This document shows positions 12,812-26,200 of a stretch of DNA of 64,000 nucleotides, in pieces (within the stretch, counting starts at the first letter, position 1; every line of letters starts with the position of its first letter). The DNA comes from Antedon mediterranea (Eukaryota > Animalia > Echinodermata). Made by a program: the position numbers and the translations under genes. The notes below the pieces were generated by a model. It ran no database searches, was not told where the DNA came from, and saw nothing but the letters and a program-made list of their open reading frames with translations. The DNA is taken from NCBI RefSeq assembly GCF_964355755.1, contig NC_092673.1, forward strand, positions 26,595,648 through 26,659,647, written 5' to 3'.

Positions 12812-13006
12812 ATTTTGCTATGGTTAGGCCTACTTAATTTTACTTAATCTTTATTAATACAAATATATTGATTTCCAAAGTGGTTCACAAAAGTTCTACA
12901 AAACTAAATGAAAATGATACACATTAATAAAACGCAAATTCAAGAAATGTTTCTACACTTCATACAAAAGAAAACTTTTAGAGGAAATCATGGAAGTGAA
13001 TTGGAT

Positions 13007-13031
13007 CATGGAGGTATATTATACCTCCATG
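13007..13031. mobile_element. 25-bp hairpin with 7-bp TSD (probable P-type excision footprint)
   Basis: CATGGAGGTATATTATACCTCCATG flanked by ATTGGAT on both sides. Confidence 0.65.
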
Positions 13032-14168
13032 ATTGGATTAACACATCTACTTTGCAGAAAATGTAAACAAATAATACTGTAACTGAATTGATAAGCACTG
13101 ATCCCTTTAAACTTTACTATAAAACACTATCAATTACGAAGGGAAAAAAAACATGTTTCCACTACTTGATACTAGAGAGTAGAGAATGCTCGATTGTCGA
13201 AATGACGCTCTCCCTCAATATCCAATCACATCTTCCTTTAAAACTCCCTAAGTTGTTAATAATCAATGTCCATGAGCATGTTCATGTCTTCATTTTGATG
13301 GTCCGAATATAGCTCCACAGTGACGGTGGTATTATATAGACACTTATTTTAACAGCTTAGGAAGTTATAATTATGGCAACCAATTAAACTATTTTAATTA
13401 TTCACATGATTCGATACGTACGTACATGTGTTATTCTTTCGCAATTTGAATCCTTTATTTCATTATTTTTCTAACAATTGTTCCTCTATGATGATGAATG
13501 TTGAAACATTACTTTCAAGAAAATATTTACTGTACCTTCGAATTTCTAATAATCCCATAAAAGGCGTTTCATAGTTGATGGAAACTAGAATCCCTAAGCT
13601 GTTACAATTCATACACTGCAGCCATGATTATTGTGCACATTACGTACTCAAAATATACCTCGTTCTACCACTTCTATGCAAAACTTGTAACGGAAGAATG
13701 TACGTTATTAATCTAGGCCCTCTCACGGTGGTAAGTAGGGAGGTATGCACTGAGCGCGAAATTTGAGTAGTGTAAGTACCATGTTAACATGGACAAATTA
13801 TATTTTTATTGTTTTATTTGTCCTTGGTTTAAATTGGTATCCCAGGATACACAAATTAGTAAATGACAATATTTACAAATATTCTGTGTATGTATTTTAT
13901 TGTTCAAATTCACATGACTGCTTCTGAGGAATAACTGATTATGCCTACACAATACATCACCAATGCTCCCTTATATATACAAATTAGCAACTATCGATTT
14001 CATATAAAAAATGTAGTCTCATATAATAGATTTGCTTTCTAATAATTAATAAACAATAATCAGGCATATTGTAACCAATGCCCACTTGTATACCGTAAGT
14101 ATAGTCAAGACAATGTACAGTCCCATGTAGTGACTAGAGCCTGGATTTGAGTTATAGCACTGTCCACT

Positions 14169-14194
14169 CATGGAGGTATAAAAATACCTCCATG
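14169..14194. mobile_element. 26-bp hairpin with 7-bp TSD (probable P-type excision footprint)
   Basis: CATGGAGGTATAAAAATACCTCCATG flanked by GTCCACT on both sides. Confidence 0.65.
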
Positions 14195-15058
14195 GTCCAC
14201 TTATATTCTAAGAACACTCCACCAACAGTAAGCCTACTACTTTTTTTTTTTATCCTTTAAAAAAAAAAATGTCTGTGTTCAAACCACCAGTGGCTTATTA
14301 ATATGTACCCTATAGCCATAACTGCAGTAACTGATTTTTAACCAATTTATTTTGTCAACAAATAGTAAAAAAACTGTAGGAATATTAAGAAATATCAATA
14401 TTTAATACAAAAACTAATGAATTAATATCACCAGAAAATGTAAGAGAGCGTTCTTCAATTCTTGCTACTGTGTACTCATTTACGATTAAGACTAAAGTCA
14501 GAATGATAACTTCAATAACAATTACAATAATCAAAATCTTAGTACTGTGAAATTTAGACGTTATTATTGGTCATTTGTAAAAGTTAAATTCTTAAAAACA
14601 TATTTTAATGTCAGTATATTAAAACCGTGCAATCACTTTATACATCTTTTACCTACTTTATACATAACAATAGACGGAATAAATGCATAAGTATGAAATT
14701 AATAAATTAACTAAATGAACTAATAATATGGAAGACAAGAAATAGAAAACGACTAAACAATATTGCACGCTATAAATTATTATTTTATTGAAATTAAAAA
14801 ACATAATACACATTTTCTGAAGATATATAAAGTCAAGAATATTGGCATCACCAGTGATACTATTTGCATAGGGAGAAAAAACTGCAGGCTTCCCTGGAAT
14901 TTACAAATTGCAAAATAACGTTATAGATATTCTGCTTGTTACCAACTTGTGCGTAAGCAGCGCATTCAAATACTTAGATAGAAAAGAACATATATTTTGT
15001 AGTTGTCTAAATTAAGTTTTTTAAGTGAATAAGTGCATTGTGTAGGATTGTAGATAAT

Positions 15059-15264
15059 AATAATATATATCATTTAGTTTGACAAATCCAGTAAAGAATT
15101 TACTCACATTCTTTAGCTTTCGCCATCTTGGCTGATGGCTTGATCACTAGTGATCCGGTTTCTACTGTAGATGACATCATACTTATTGTGATCAAGCCAT
15201 CAGCCAAAGATATGTGAGTAAATTTCTTTACTAGATTTGTCAAACAAAATGATATATATTATTA
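15059..15264. mobile_element. Palindromic MITE
   Basis: Arms TTTGACAAATCCAGTAAAGAATTTACTCACAT..TTGGCTGATGGCTTGATCAC are mirrored by GTGATCAAGCCATCAGCCAA..ATGTGAGTAAATTTCTTTACTAGATTTGTCAAA. Confidence 0.65.
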
Positions 15265-15497
15265 TAAAAAGGACCATTAACAAAGTTTTTTTATGTCTAT
15301 TTTCAAAGTGTTGTGTAGTATCCTGTCAAATTGTTGGCTTAAAAGGGCAATAAAGTAGTACTACAGTATGTACATAACCTACTTCAACTATTTTACCTTC
15401 ATCTTGTACAAATTTATTTCTTACTTCTTCTAAAAATGTATAAAAATCTTAATCATCTACACTCACACAAACATGGTTCTGACCTGAATGTGGTCTG

Positions 15498-15634
15498 AAG
15501 CTCTGTCTACACATCAAACTTTATGTGCCAAAAAAGTGATATGCCCAAATATGCTAGTGATATGACATCATCGTGTCCATATATGAGCACATCACATTTT
15601 GTCACATAAAATTTGACAGTGTGGACAGAGCTTT
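15498..15634. mobile_element. Short palindromic MITE family (AGCTCTGTCTACAC...GTGTAGACAGAGCT)
   Basis: Copies or fragments also at about 160-251, 33070-33174, 42277-42390, 52373-52606, 58952-59114, 59135-59250 and 63520-63615. All share the GTGATGTGCCCAAATATGG / CCATATATGGGCACATCAC core. Confidence 0.75.
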
Positions 15635-16384
15635 AGGCCTACTAACAACTAGAAGCATTCACATTAATCATACGGTTCATACTCTGTATGTTACTTAAAC
15701 ATACTGCAATAAAAAAATAAAACAAATATTCTAATTTATAGTATAGGCTCTATAAATCGACCAAACCTGTTATTTCGGATTAAATATTTAAGTTTGACAT
15801 ATTTTTGTATTATGTTATAAAATTGTTATTGTAATTCTAATAATTATTTGTAGATATTTTGTATTTATATCAGGAACGTATTTGTAATGTAGTGTATATA
15901 TTCACAAATATCTGACATCATACACTCTGAACTGTACATTTTTTACCACTGTCGAATATATAATATTTGTCATTATTATGTCATTAACTAATGTTTATAG
16001 TATTGAATTCAATAATATTTTATAAGATTATAAACAAAATTATTAAAATATTTAAAAACAGTTGTTTTGTAGGCTATTGCATGTTGTTTTATACAACTAA
16101 AATGCATTAAATAAAATCATAATAGACAATGTAATAAATTCTTGGCCTACTGTAACTAGGAGATTAGATTCTCATGGAGTGTTTAATCCACTTTAAAAAA
16201 GCACCTCATCTATGTATCCCTGATCTCCTCTACAGATGGCACATTTTGTAGAAAAGCATCACTCAGTGTAATGCCCAATTTAGTACAAGACACTCCTGTG
16301 TTAGTTGAAAATCATCCTTTTGTATGACATCCCAATTGTCTAAAAACTCTCTTTAAAAGAGCTGATCCCTTGTGAGAGTCCTGC

Positions 16385-16830
16385 CCAATACAGTACACTG
16401 CTGTAAGTCAGAGGGCACCTCTATGTGTTCTACTCAATCCAATACAGTACACTGCTGTAAGTCAGAGGGCATCTCTATGTGTTCTACTCAATCCAATACA
16501 GTACACTGCTGTAAGTCAGAGGGCATCTCTATGTGTTCTAATCAATCCAATACAGTACACTGCTGTAAGTCAGAGGGCACCTCTTTGTGTTCTACTCAAT
16601 CCAATACAGTACACTGCTGTAAGTCAGAGGGCATCTCTTTGTGTTCTACCCAATCCAATACAGTACACTGCTGTAAGTCAGAGGGCATCTCTATGTGTTC
16701 TACCCAATCCAATACAGTACACTGCTGTATGTCAAAGGACATCTCTATGTGTTCTACTCAATCCAATACAGTACACTGCTGTTAGTTAGAGGACATCTCT
16801 TTGCATACTACTCAATCTAATACAGTAAAG
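16385..16830. repeat. 54-bp minisatellite, about 8 copies, in the probable GABBR1 3' UTR
   Basis: Unit CCAATACAGTACACTGCTGTAAGTCAGAGGGCATCTCTATGTGTTCTACTCAAT. Confidence 0.92.
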
Positions 16831-17211
16831 TATAAGTTGAAAAGTATCTACTTCCATGTGTACAATAAACTCTTTAGAGTTTGGACTGACACTTGATGGA
16901 TCGGCTAGAAGTTCTTGAACATGAGCAACTCCGAGGGAGTAACCCCACTTCTGCAAGTTGTCCTTTCTGAAGCTGAACACTGCAGCATCATTTCATCCAT
17001 TCTTTATAACTCTAATTGTTTATCTTTTACAAATGATGGATCTCCTTGTCGATCAAAAGTATTTTAGAAACATGTAGCTAACTTCCTTTCCTAATTGTCT
17101 GTGTAGTAACATTGTTAATCTAGCTTCATAAACCCAGCTGCAGCTGGCTGTGAATTCTTTCAATTGTTCTCCATCGAAATAAGAGTCAATTTACAAACAT
17201 AAAACGCAAAA

Positions 17212-20200
17212 TCACAAATATGTCTCTGAAAACTCTTCGTCTGAACCATGTGGTGCGTTAATTTTGACTCCTACATTGGTAACAACTGTCCCACTGTTTG
17301 TGTAAGTTGAAATAAAGGCACTATCTTCAAAAGATATTCGTCCTGGAGAAATTTTACCTGGTGCCAAACGGCTACTAGATGATCTAAACCGTGCTTGGCT
17401 CCTCTCTTCACTGTCTGCTAAAGTTTTTTCTCTTGTTTTCTTTTCAATACATTCCAGTAAATGTCGTATATGTGCTTCTTTCTTTAAAAACAAATCAACA
17501 ATTTGATTAAAAAAACAACTTTGTAAAACATTTCAAACTAATAAAGTTTCATATTGTTTGAAGGTTTGCATAGCGAAATCAAATGTTGATATAAAGTTTT
17601 TGGTATACCCCGTATATTATTTCTGAAAAAAACTATAGTATTGAGTTTCTCAACGTTTTAATCAATATGCTTTGATCGTCCTCAGAAAGTGGTTTTATTA
17701 TTTTTATACAGGTCAGGACATTTTCAGGACCTAAAAAAGTGTCCCTTATTGGCGTCCCCTGAAATGAAAAGATAAATATTAAATATTACCTCTGCTATCT
17801 GTCTTTTTATTCCTTCATTTTCCGAAGTTAACTTAATTTGTTTTTCTGTATCTTCTTTGGTGGGTAAATGTTGTAGATACGCTTTATTATATTCTCCAGA
17901 TGGGTTCTTCTTTAAGTAAAGAATCTGTCAAGAAAATTCAAATACAAAACATTTATGTAAACTAGTTAATTTTGAATGGCAGATGGATTAGTACAGCCAG
18001 CATTTAGCATTCTTGTAAGAATCAATTGTTTTGAATATTCCAATTCCATTTTTTTTGTACTGATGAAAATTCAATTACTGAGAGTCACATTAGATTAATT
18101 AATACGCAGAGACATCCATCTTTTAAAAATGTATTCAGTATAGACACTCCAAATGCCACAGAAGTTCTTATACTTATTACAACGCCCAAATTCCATCAAA
18201 ACTCTTGCACAAAAGTGAACACATTAGGCGCAGGAGCCCCGGATAGCGTTACGAAGTCGTTAACTCTGTCAGCCCATGGTCAACCCAACTAATGTGTTTT
18301 TCCCAAGGACAACTTATCAATAACTAAACTTTGTCACCACCCATAAGTGTGCTGTTCATTTCCTATTGACCAATGAACACCAATGTAACTGGACCTGAGT
18401 TTCTTGCTATTCGACCTTGGGTGCAAATTATACAATTAATTGATGTTAAGGCCACTGACTACTCTTTTCTGTATAGAAACACTGAATTGACTGAATAATA
18501 AGAAAACCCTACAATAATTTCTACTACTACTTGATATGGTGTTATACAAGAACTATATTAAAAGAATTGAATGTATGGAGAATGAAAAGTTAAACGTTAT
18601 AACTTATGTAAAACATCACTTAGATGATATCTATCAGATATATCATTTTCTAAAAATTGTTTCATTAGTTAAAATAGATCACGGAAAACCAATACCAATA
18701 CTGATCTGGACTCGGAAATTCAAAATGTAGCAGGCAACGTTTCACCAATGAAAACTTTCAAGACAAACAAAGTATCATAATTATCATGATATCCATTTTT
18801 ATTTAATAACGATAAATGGATATAAATATTTCGTCTTTTTTGTTATTTTGTGATGGAAAATATATTGAGTGAACATTGGCACTGAGTTTAAATGTTCCCC
18901 GTCCCCTTAATGTCCGCTTTATAGGAGTGTCCCCTCAGTAAAGATTTGCTGTTTTCCCATTTAATAATAAATTATGATGTCCATCTTATCCTCTCAATTT
19001 TAATGTGCTACACCCGATAATAGAATACACATCTAGCTCATGTGTACTTAAAGAACCTAGTACATCTTTCGAGACGAGTGGGGGGTTATCCCGGTGTATT
19101 AGTACATCACAGCCACTGATCACCAACTGGGCCCTCTGGGAGACCAGTCTTTGACTGAAGAGGTTACCCAGTATAAATATATATTCAATTCAATTCAATA
19201 GAATAACTGTACAGTAGGCTCCCATTTGATGCAATGTGTTACCCAATGTGCTCAATTTGATTGTGCTACCCAAATCCATGCTATCCATTTGAAATAATTT
19301 GCTATCCATTTGAAAGAATGTGCTACCCGATAATCCCTATAGAATAATGTACAGTACAATTATATCCATTTGATTGTGCTACCTAATGTGCTATCCATTT
19401 GAAAGAATGTGCTATCCATTTGAAAGAATGTGCTACCCGATAATCCGTATAAAATAATGTACAGTACTATATCCATTTGATTGTGCTACCTAATGTGCTA
19501 TCCATTTGAAAGAATGTGCTACCCGATAATCCTTATAGAATAATGTACAGTACTATATCCATTTGGCTGTGCTACCTAATGTGCTATCCATTTGAAAGAA
19601 TGTGCTACCCGATAATCCGTAGGCTATAGAATAATGTACAGTACAATTATATCCATTTGATTGTGCTACATAATGTGCTATCCATTTGAAATAATGTGCT
19701 ACCCGATAATCCTTATAGAATAATGTACAGTACTATATTCATTTGATTGTGCTACCCAATGTGCTATCCATTTGAAATAATGTGCTATCCATTTGAAATA
19801 ATATGCTATTTGAAAGAATGTGCTACCTGATAATCCGTATAGAATAATGTACAGTACAATTACATCCATTTGATTGTGCTACCTAATGTGCTATCCATTT
19901 GAAATAATGTGCTATCCATTTGAAAGAATGTGCTATCCATTTGAAAGAATGTGCTACCCGATAATCCGTATAGAATAATGTACAGTACAGTACTATATCC
20001 ATTTGATTGTGCTACCCAATGTGCTATCCATTTGAAAGAATGTGCTATCCATTTGAAAGAATGTGCTACCCGATAATCCGTATAAAATAATGTACAGTAC
20101 TATATCCATTTGATTGTGCTACCTAATGTGCTATCCATTTGAAAGAATGTGCTACCCGATAATCCTTATAGAATAATGTACAGTACTATATCCATTTGGC

Positions 20201-23200
20201 TGTGCTACCTAATGTGCTATCCATTTGAAATAATGTGCTACCCGATAATCCGTAGGCTATAGAATAATGTACAGTACAATTATATCCATTTGATTGTGCT
20301 ACCTAATGTGCTATCCATTTGAAATAATGTGCTACCCGATAATCCTTATAGAATAATGTACAGTACTATATCCATTTGATTGTGCTACCCAATGTGCTAT
20401 CCATTTGAAATAATGTGCTATCCATTTGAAATAATGTGCTATTTGAAAGAATGTGCTACCCGATAATCCGTATAGAATAATGTACAGTACAATTACATCC
20501 ATTTGATTGTGCTACCTAATGTGCTATCCATTTGAAATAATGTGCTATCCATTTGAAATAATGTGCTATCCATTTGAAAGAATGTGCTATCCATTTGAAA
20601 TAATTTTCTATCCATTTGAAAGAATGTGCTACCCGATAATCCGTATAGAATAATGTACAGTAGGCCTACTATATCCATTTGACTGTGCTACCTAATGTGC
20701 TATCAATTTGAAATAATGTGCTACCCGATAATCCTTATAGAATAATGTACAGTACTATATCTATTTGATTGTGCTACCCAATGTGCTATCCATTTGAAAT
20801 AATGTGCTATCCATTTTGAAATAATGTGCTATCCATTTGAAAGAATGTGCTATCCATTTGAAATAGGCCTAATGTGCTATCCATTTGAAAGAATGTGCTA
20901 CCCGATAATCATAGAATAATGTACAGTACTATATCCATTTGATTGTGCTACCTAATGTGCTATCCATTTGAAAGAATGTGCTATCCATTTGAAAGAATGT
21001 GCTATCCATTTGAAAGAATGTGCTACCCGATAATCCGTATAGAATGCACAGTACAGTTATATCATAGTTATATCCATTTGATTGAACTATCTATTGTGCT
21101 CATTAGGCGCAGGAGCCCCGGATAGCGTTACGAAGTCGTTAACTCTGTCAGCCCATGGTCAACCCAACTAATGTGTTTTTCCCAAGGACAACTTATCAAT
21201 AACTAAACTTTGTCACCACCCATAAGTGTGCTGTTCATTTCCTATTGACCAATGAACACCAATGTAACTGGACCTGAGTTTCTTGCTATTCGACCTTGGG
21301 TGCAAATTATACAATTAATTGATGTTAAGGCCACTGACTACTCTTTTCTGTATAGAAACACTGAATTGACTGAATAATAAGAAAACCCTACAATAAGTTC
21401 TACTACTACTTGATATGGTGTTATACAAGAACTATATTAAAAGTTAGATGATATCTATCAGATATCATTTTCTAAAAATTGTTTCATTAGTTAGAATAGA
21501 TCACGGAATACCAATACTGATCTGGACTCGGAAATTCAAAATGTAGCAGGCAACGTTTCACCAATGAAAACTTTCAAGACAAACAAAGTATCATAATTAT
21601 CATGATATCCATTTTTATTTAATAACGATAAATGGATATAAATATTTCGTCTTTTTTGTTATTTTGTGATGGAAAATATATTGAGTGAACATTGGCACTG
21701 AGCTTAAATATTCCCCGTCCCCTTAATGTCCGCTTTATAGGAGTGTCCCCTCAGTAAGGATTTGCTGTTTTGCCCCTTAATAATAAATTATGATGTCCAT
21801 CTTATCCTCTCAATTTTAATGTGCTACACCCGATAATAGAATACACATCTAACTCGTGTGTACTTTAGAGAACCTAGTACATCTTTCGAGACGAGTGGGG
21901 GGTTACCCCGGTGTATTATCACAGCCACTGATCACCAACTGGGCCCTCTGGGAGACCAGTCTTTGACTGAAGAGGTTACCCATTATAAATATATATTTCA
22001 ATTCAATAGAATAACTGTACAGTAGGCTCCCATTTGATGCAATGTGTTACCCAATGTGCTCAATTTGATTGTGCTACCCAAATCCATGCTATCCATTTGA
22101 AATAATTTGCTATCCATTTGAAAGAATGTGCTACCCGATAATCCGTATAGAATAATGTACAGTACAATTACATATATGCATTTGATTGTGCTACCTAATG
22201 TGCTATCCATTTGAAATAATGTGCTATCCATTTGAAAGAATGTGCTATCCATTTGAAAGAATGTGCTACCCGATAATCCGTATAGAATAATGTACAGTAC
22301 AGTACTATATCTATTTGATTGTGCTACCCAATGTGCTATCCATTTGAAAGAATGTGCTATCCATTTGAAAGAATGTGCTACCCGATAATCCGTATAGAAT
22401 AATGTATAGTACTATATCCATTTGATTGTGCTACCCAATGTGCTATCCATTTGAAAGAATGTGCTACCCGATAATCCGTATAGAATAATGTACAGTACTA
22501 TATCCATTTGATTGTGCTACCTAATGTGCTATCCATTTGAAAGAATGTGCTACCCGATAATCCTTATAGAATAATGTACAGTACTACAGTACTGACTACA
22601 TATCATATACCAAGCCCACACATTTTACACGGGTGTGAAAAACGCGTGACTCGCGTGTAATTAGGTACTAACAATACTGTCCATATTCACTCATGCATTA
22701 CTGCATTGAGTAATTCAACTGCAGCGAACTGTATTTATAATTTGTTGATGTTTTGTTCATACAGGTATATATTAAATTATCATCAAACAGACAATAACTG
22801 CAATTACAGTACAGGATAACAGCATTTTATATAACAAAATATAGGCCTATTTGAAATAAAAAATCGATTTATTTATCATAGTGCAATCATGGAGGTAAAA
22901 ACCTCCATGAATCATGATGCAATTATGCACTTGTCAATTGTATGACCCACTATACGACCCCCGGGAGAGGTGAGTCATTTGTCCGATGTGCGTCATACTT
23001 TTGAATACCATGACGCACCCGTGCGTCAAAAAGGTGACTTACCTTTGGGTGACCATGACGCACCCATTTTGACGCACTGTGACCATGTTGTTTATGATAT
23101 GGTGGGTGGTAAAGTGACGGACATTGACACACCTTGTTCATTGATGTGACGTACCATCTAGGTTTTTTGACGCACCCCTGCGTCAGTAATTATTTGTAAA

Positions 23201-26200
23201 TGACGCACCCATGACGCACCTCTCCCGGGGGTCGTATAGTGAGTCATACAATTGACAAGTGCATTAATATGTCTGTGATTGAAAATACTAGGCCTAGTTA
23301 GTAGGCCTACTACCGGGAGTACAGTACTGTACTACTATTCTAGGCCTAGTTTGCTTTCAGGGTTTGTTTATATATATTTTTAAGTCATATTTATTAAGTA
23401 TTTGAGAAAACTCATTAAAAAAAACAAGGTAGAAAAGACCCAACAATATCTTTCAAAACACGATCGTCGCCAGTGGCCGAATGACGTACTTTCTGTACGC
23501 ACCACGTTGTAGAGTTCACCCATTGAGTACACACAGTTGCTAAGCCAAATAATAACATAAAGGTTTTACCATTCCCCGTCGGGGAAGAAAACATTTATAT
23601 AGTATTACAACGCCAGTATTGACATGCATGTATTTAGCGCGGTAACTAATGTACACCCCTGTTACGGACTGGACCATTAATCGCTCCACGAAACCACGTT
23701 GGAGCGATCCTCCTCCGCACACAGCAGCCAGAGCGAGAGAGAAGTGAGGTCGAATAAATACAAGTTTTTACCATTTCCCGTCCAGGGGAAATCAGTTCTC
23801 TTATAATTACAGCCCTGATACCGTGCGCATATGTTTACGTTGATATTATTTAATTGCACACCTCATTTTGGACTGTACCATTTTCGGAACCTTGTTTTGT
23901 TTTCATTATAAACATGGCCTGATGTCAGACAAATATCTGCTTTAAACGTCAATTTAGCAACTTATTAAGTCGTTTCATAAGCAGAGAATTTATAAAGCAA
24001 GTATACAATGCAGACATGTTAGATAGAAATATACTAAAAGACATTTAATAAACGTGTTAGAAGAACGTAATAATTTGACTTTCTACCGAGCGGCGGAAAA
24101 CCCATTCACAGTCACAGTTATTTGAGCGAACACTGTACTTGGCCTAAAACACTAGCTCTGTATTTTAATTTAAATATTTGGCTTACGGTTACAAAAATAC
24201 AAGGAAACATCATTTTATAATTTTACTATTATTAGGCTATTTATTGACCTATTAAAAATCGCTAAATATGTTTTTTTTGTGGGGGGCTTAGGTACAGTAG
24301 CTCTCTATTCTAGCCTCCCTGTTGAACACTTCTCGCTGTACGCATAAAATAATACGACGTGAACTCTAAACAAAATCCCGATGAAAAACAATTTACATGA
24401 ATTCTATAAACTTTCTTATTTATTGTTTGCCTAAACAATAGAGAAAAAATAAACTTTGTTTTGCATACAGTAACGGGCGGGTTCAGATCTGATTACATAA
24501 ATATGATGGTAGGCCTAAACAATAGAAACAAAACAAACTGATACCCACGTGTGTGTTGTCGCGGGCGTCGTACCGGGAGTTCCATATTTTACCAGTAAAA
24601 AGCTACAAAGTGATGACGTCATGGTCCACACGGCAAATACAGGCACGCGGCAATTACACATATTTTACACGCGCGACAAACGCGGGTTATGGTACATGAT
24701 TTGTAGTCAGTACTGTATATCCATTTGACTGTGCTACCTAATGTGCTATCCATTTGAAAGAATGTGCTACCCGATAATCCGTATAGAATAATGTACAGTA
24801 CAGTACTATATCCATTTGATTGTGCTACCCAATGTGCTATCCATTTGAAAGAATGTGCTATCCATTTGAAAGAATGTGCTACCCGATAATCCGTATAGAA
24901 TAATGTACAGTACTATATCCATTTGACTGTGCTACCTAATGTGCTATCCATTTGAAATAATGTGCTACCCGATAATCCTTATAGAATAATGTACAGTACT
25001 ATATCCATTTGACTGTGCTACCTAATGTGCTATCCATTTGAAAGAATGTGCTACCCGATAATCCTTATAGAATAATGTACAGTACTATATCTATTTGACT
25101 GTGCTACCTAATGTGCTATCCATTTGAAAGAATGTGCTACCCGATAATCCGTAGGCTATAGAATAATGTACAGTACTATATCCGTTTGATTGTGCTACCT
25201 AAATGTGCTATCCATTTGAAATAATGTGCTACCCGATAATCCTTATAGAATAATGTACAGTACTATATCCATTTGATTGTGCTACCCAATGTGCTATCCA
25301 TTTGAAATAATGTGCTATCCATTTGAAATAATGTGCTATTTGAAAGAATGTGCTACCCGATAATCCGTATAGAATATTGTACAGTACAATTACATCCATT
25401 TGATTGTGCTACCTAATGTGCTATCCATTTGAAATAATGTGCTATCCATTTGAAATAATGTGCTATCCATTTGAAAGAATGTGCTATCCATTTGAAATAA
25501 TTTGCTATCCATTTGAAAGAATGTGCTATCCATTTGAAAGAATGTGCTACCCGATAATCCGTATAGAATAATGTACAGTACAGTACTATATCTATTTGAT
25601 TGTGCTACCCAATGTGCTATCCATTTGAAAGAATGTGCTATCCATTTGAAAGAATGTGCTACCCGATAATCCGTATAGAATAATGTACAGTACTATATCC
25701 ATTTGATTGTGCTACCTAATGTGCTATCCATTTGAAAGAATGTGCTACCCGATAATCCTTATAGAATAATGAACAGTACTATATCCATTTGACTGTGCTA
25801 CCTAATGTGCTATCCATTTGAAAGAATGTGCTACCCGATAATCCGTATAGAATAATGTACAGTACAGTACTATATCCATTTGATTGTGCTACCCAATGTG
25901 CTATCCATTTGAAAGAATGTGCTATCCATTTGAAAGAATGTGCTACCCGATAATCCGTATAGAATAATGTACAGTACTATATCCATTTGATTGTGCTACC
26001 TAATGTGCTATCCATTTGAAAGAATGTGCTACCCGATAATCCTTATAGAATAATGTACAGTACTATATCCATTTGACTGTGCTACCTAATGTGCTATCCA
26101 TTTGAAAGAATGTGCTATCCATTTGAAAGAATGTGCTACCCGATAATCCGTAGGCTATAGAATAATGTACAGTACTATATCCGTTTGATTGTGCTACCTA

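Larger units (their letters stand above)
10737..13661. mobile_element. Foldback-like element: inverted termini enclosing an inverted satellite
   Basis: 10737-10920 is matched in reverse complement by 13172-13310 plus 13636-13661 (GAGGTATATT(C/T)TGAGTACGTAAT). No convincing TSD. Confidence 0.55.

Noticed and set aside
16372-16785. Cys-rich 137-aa repetitive ORF with a metallothionein-like look
   Set aside because: It is the translation of a 54-bp minisatellite, has a non-ATG start and lies antisense to the probable GABBR1 3' UTR.
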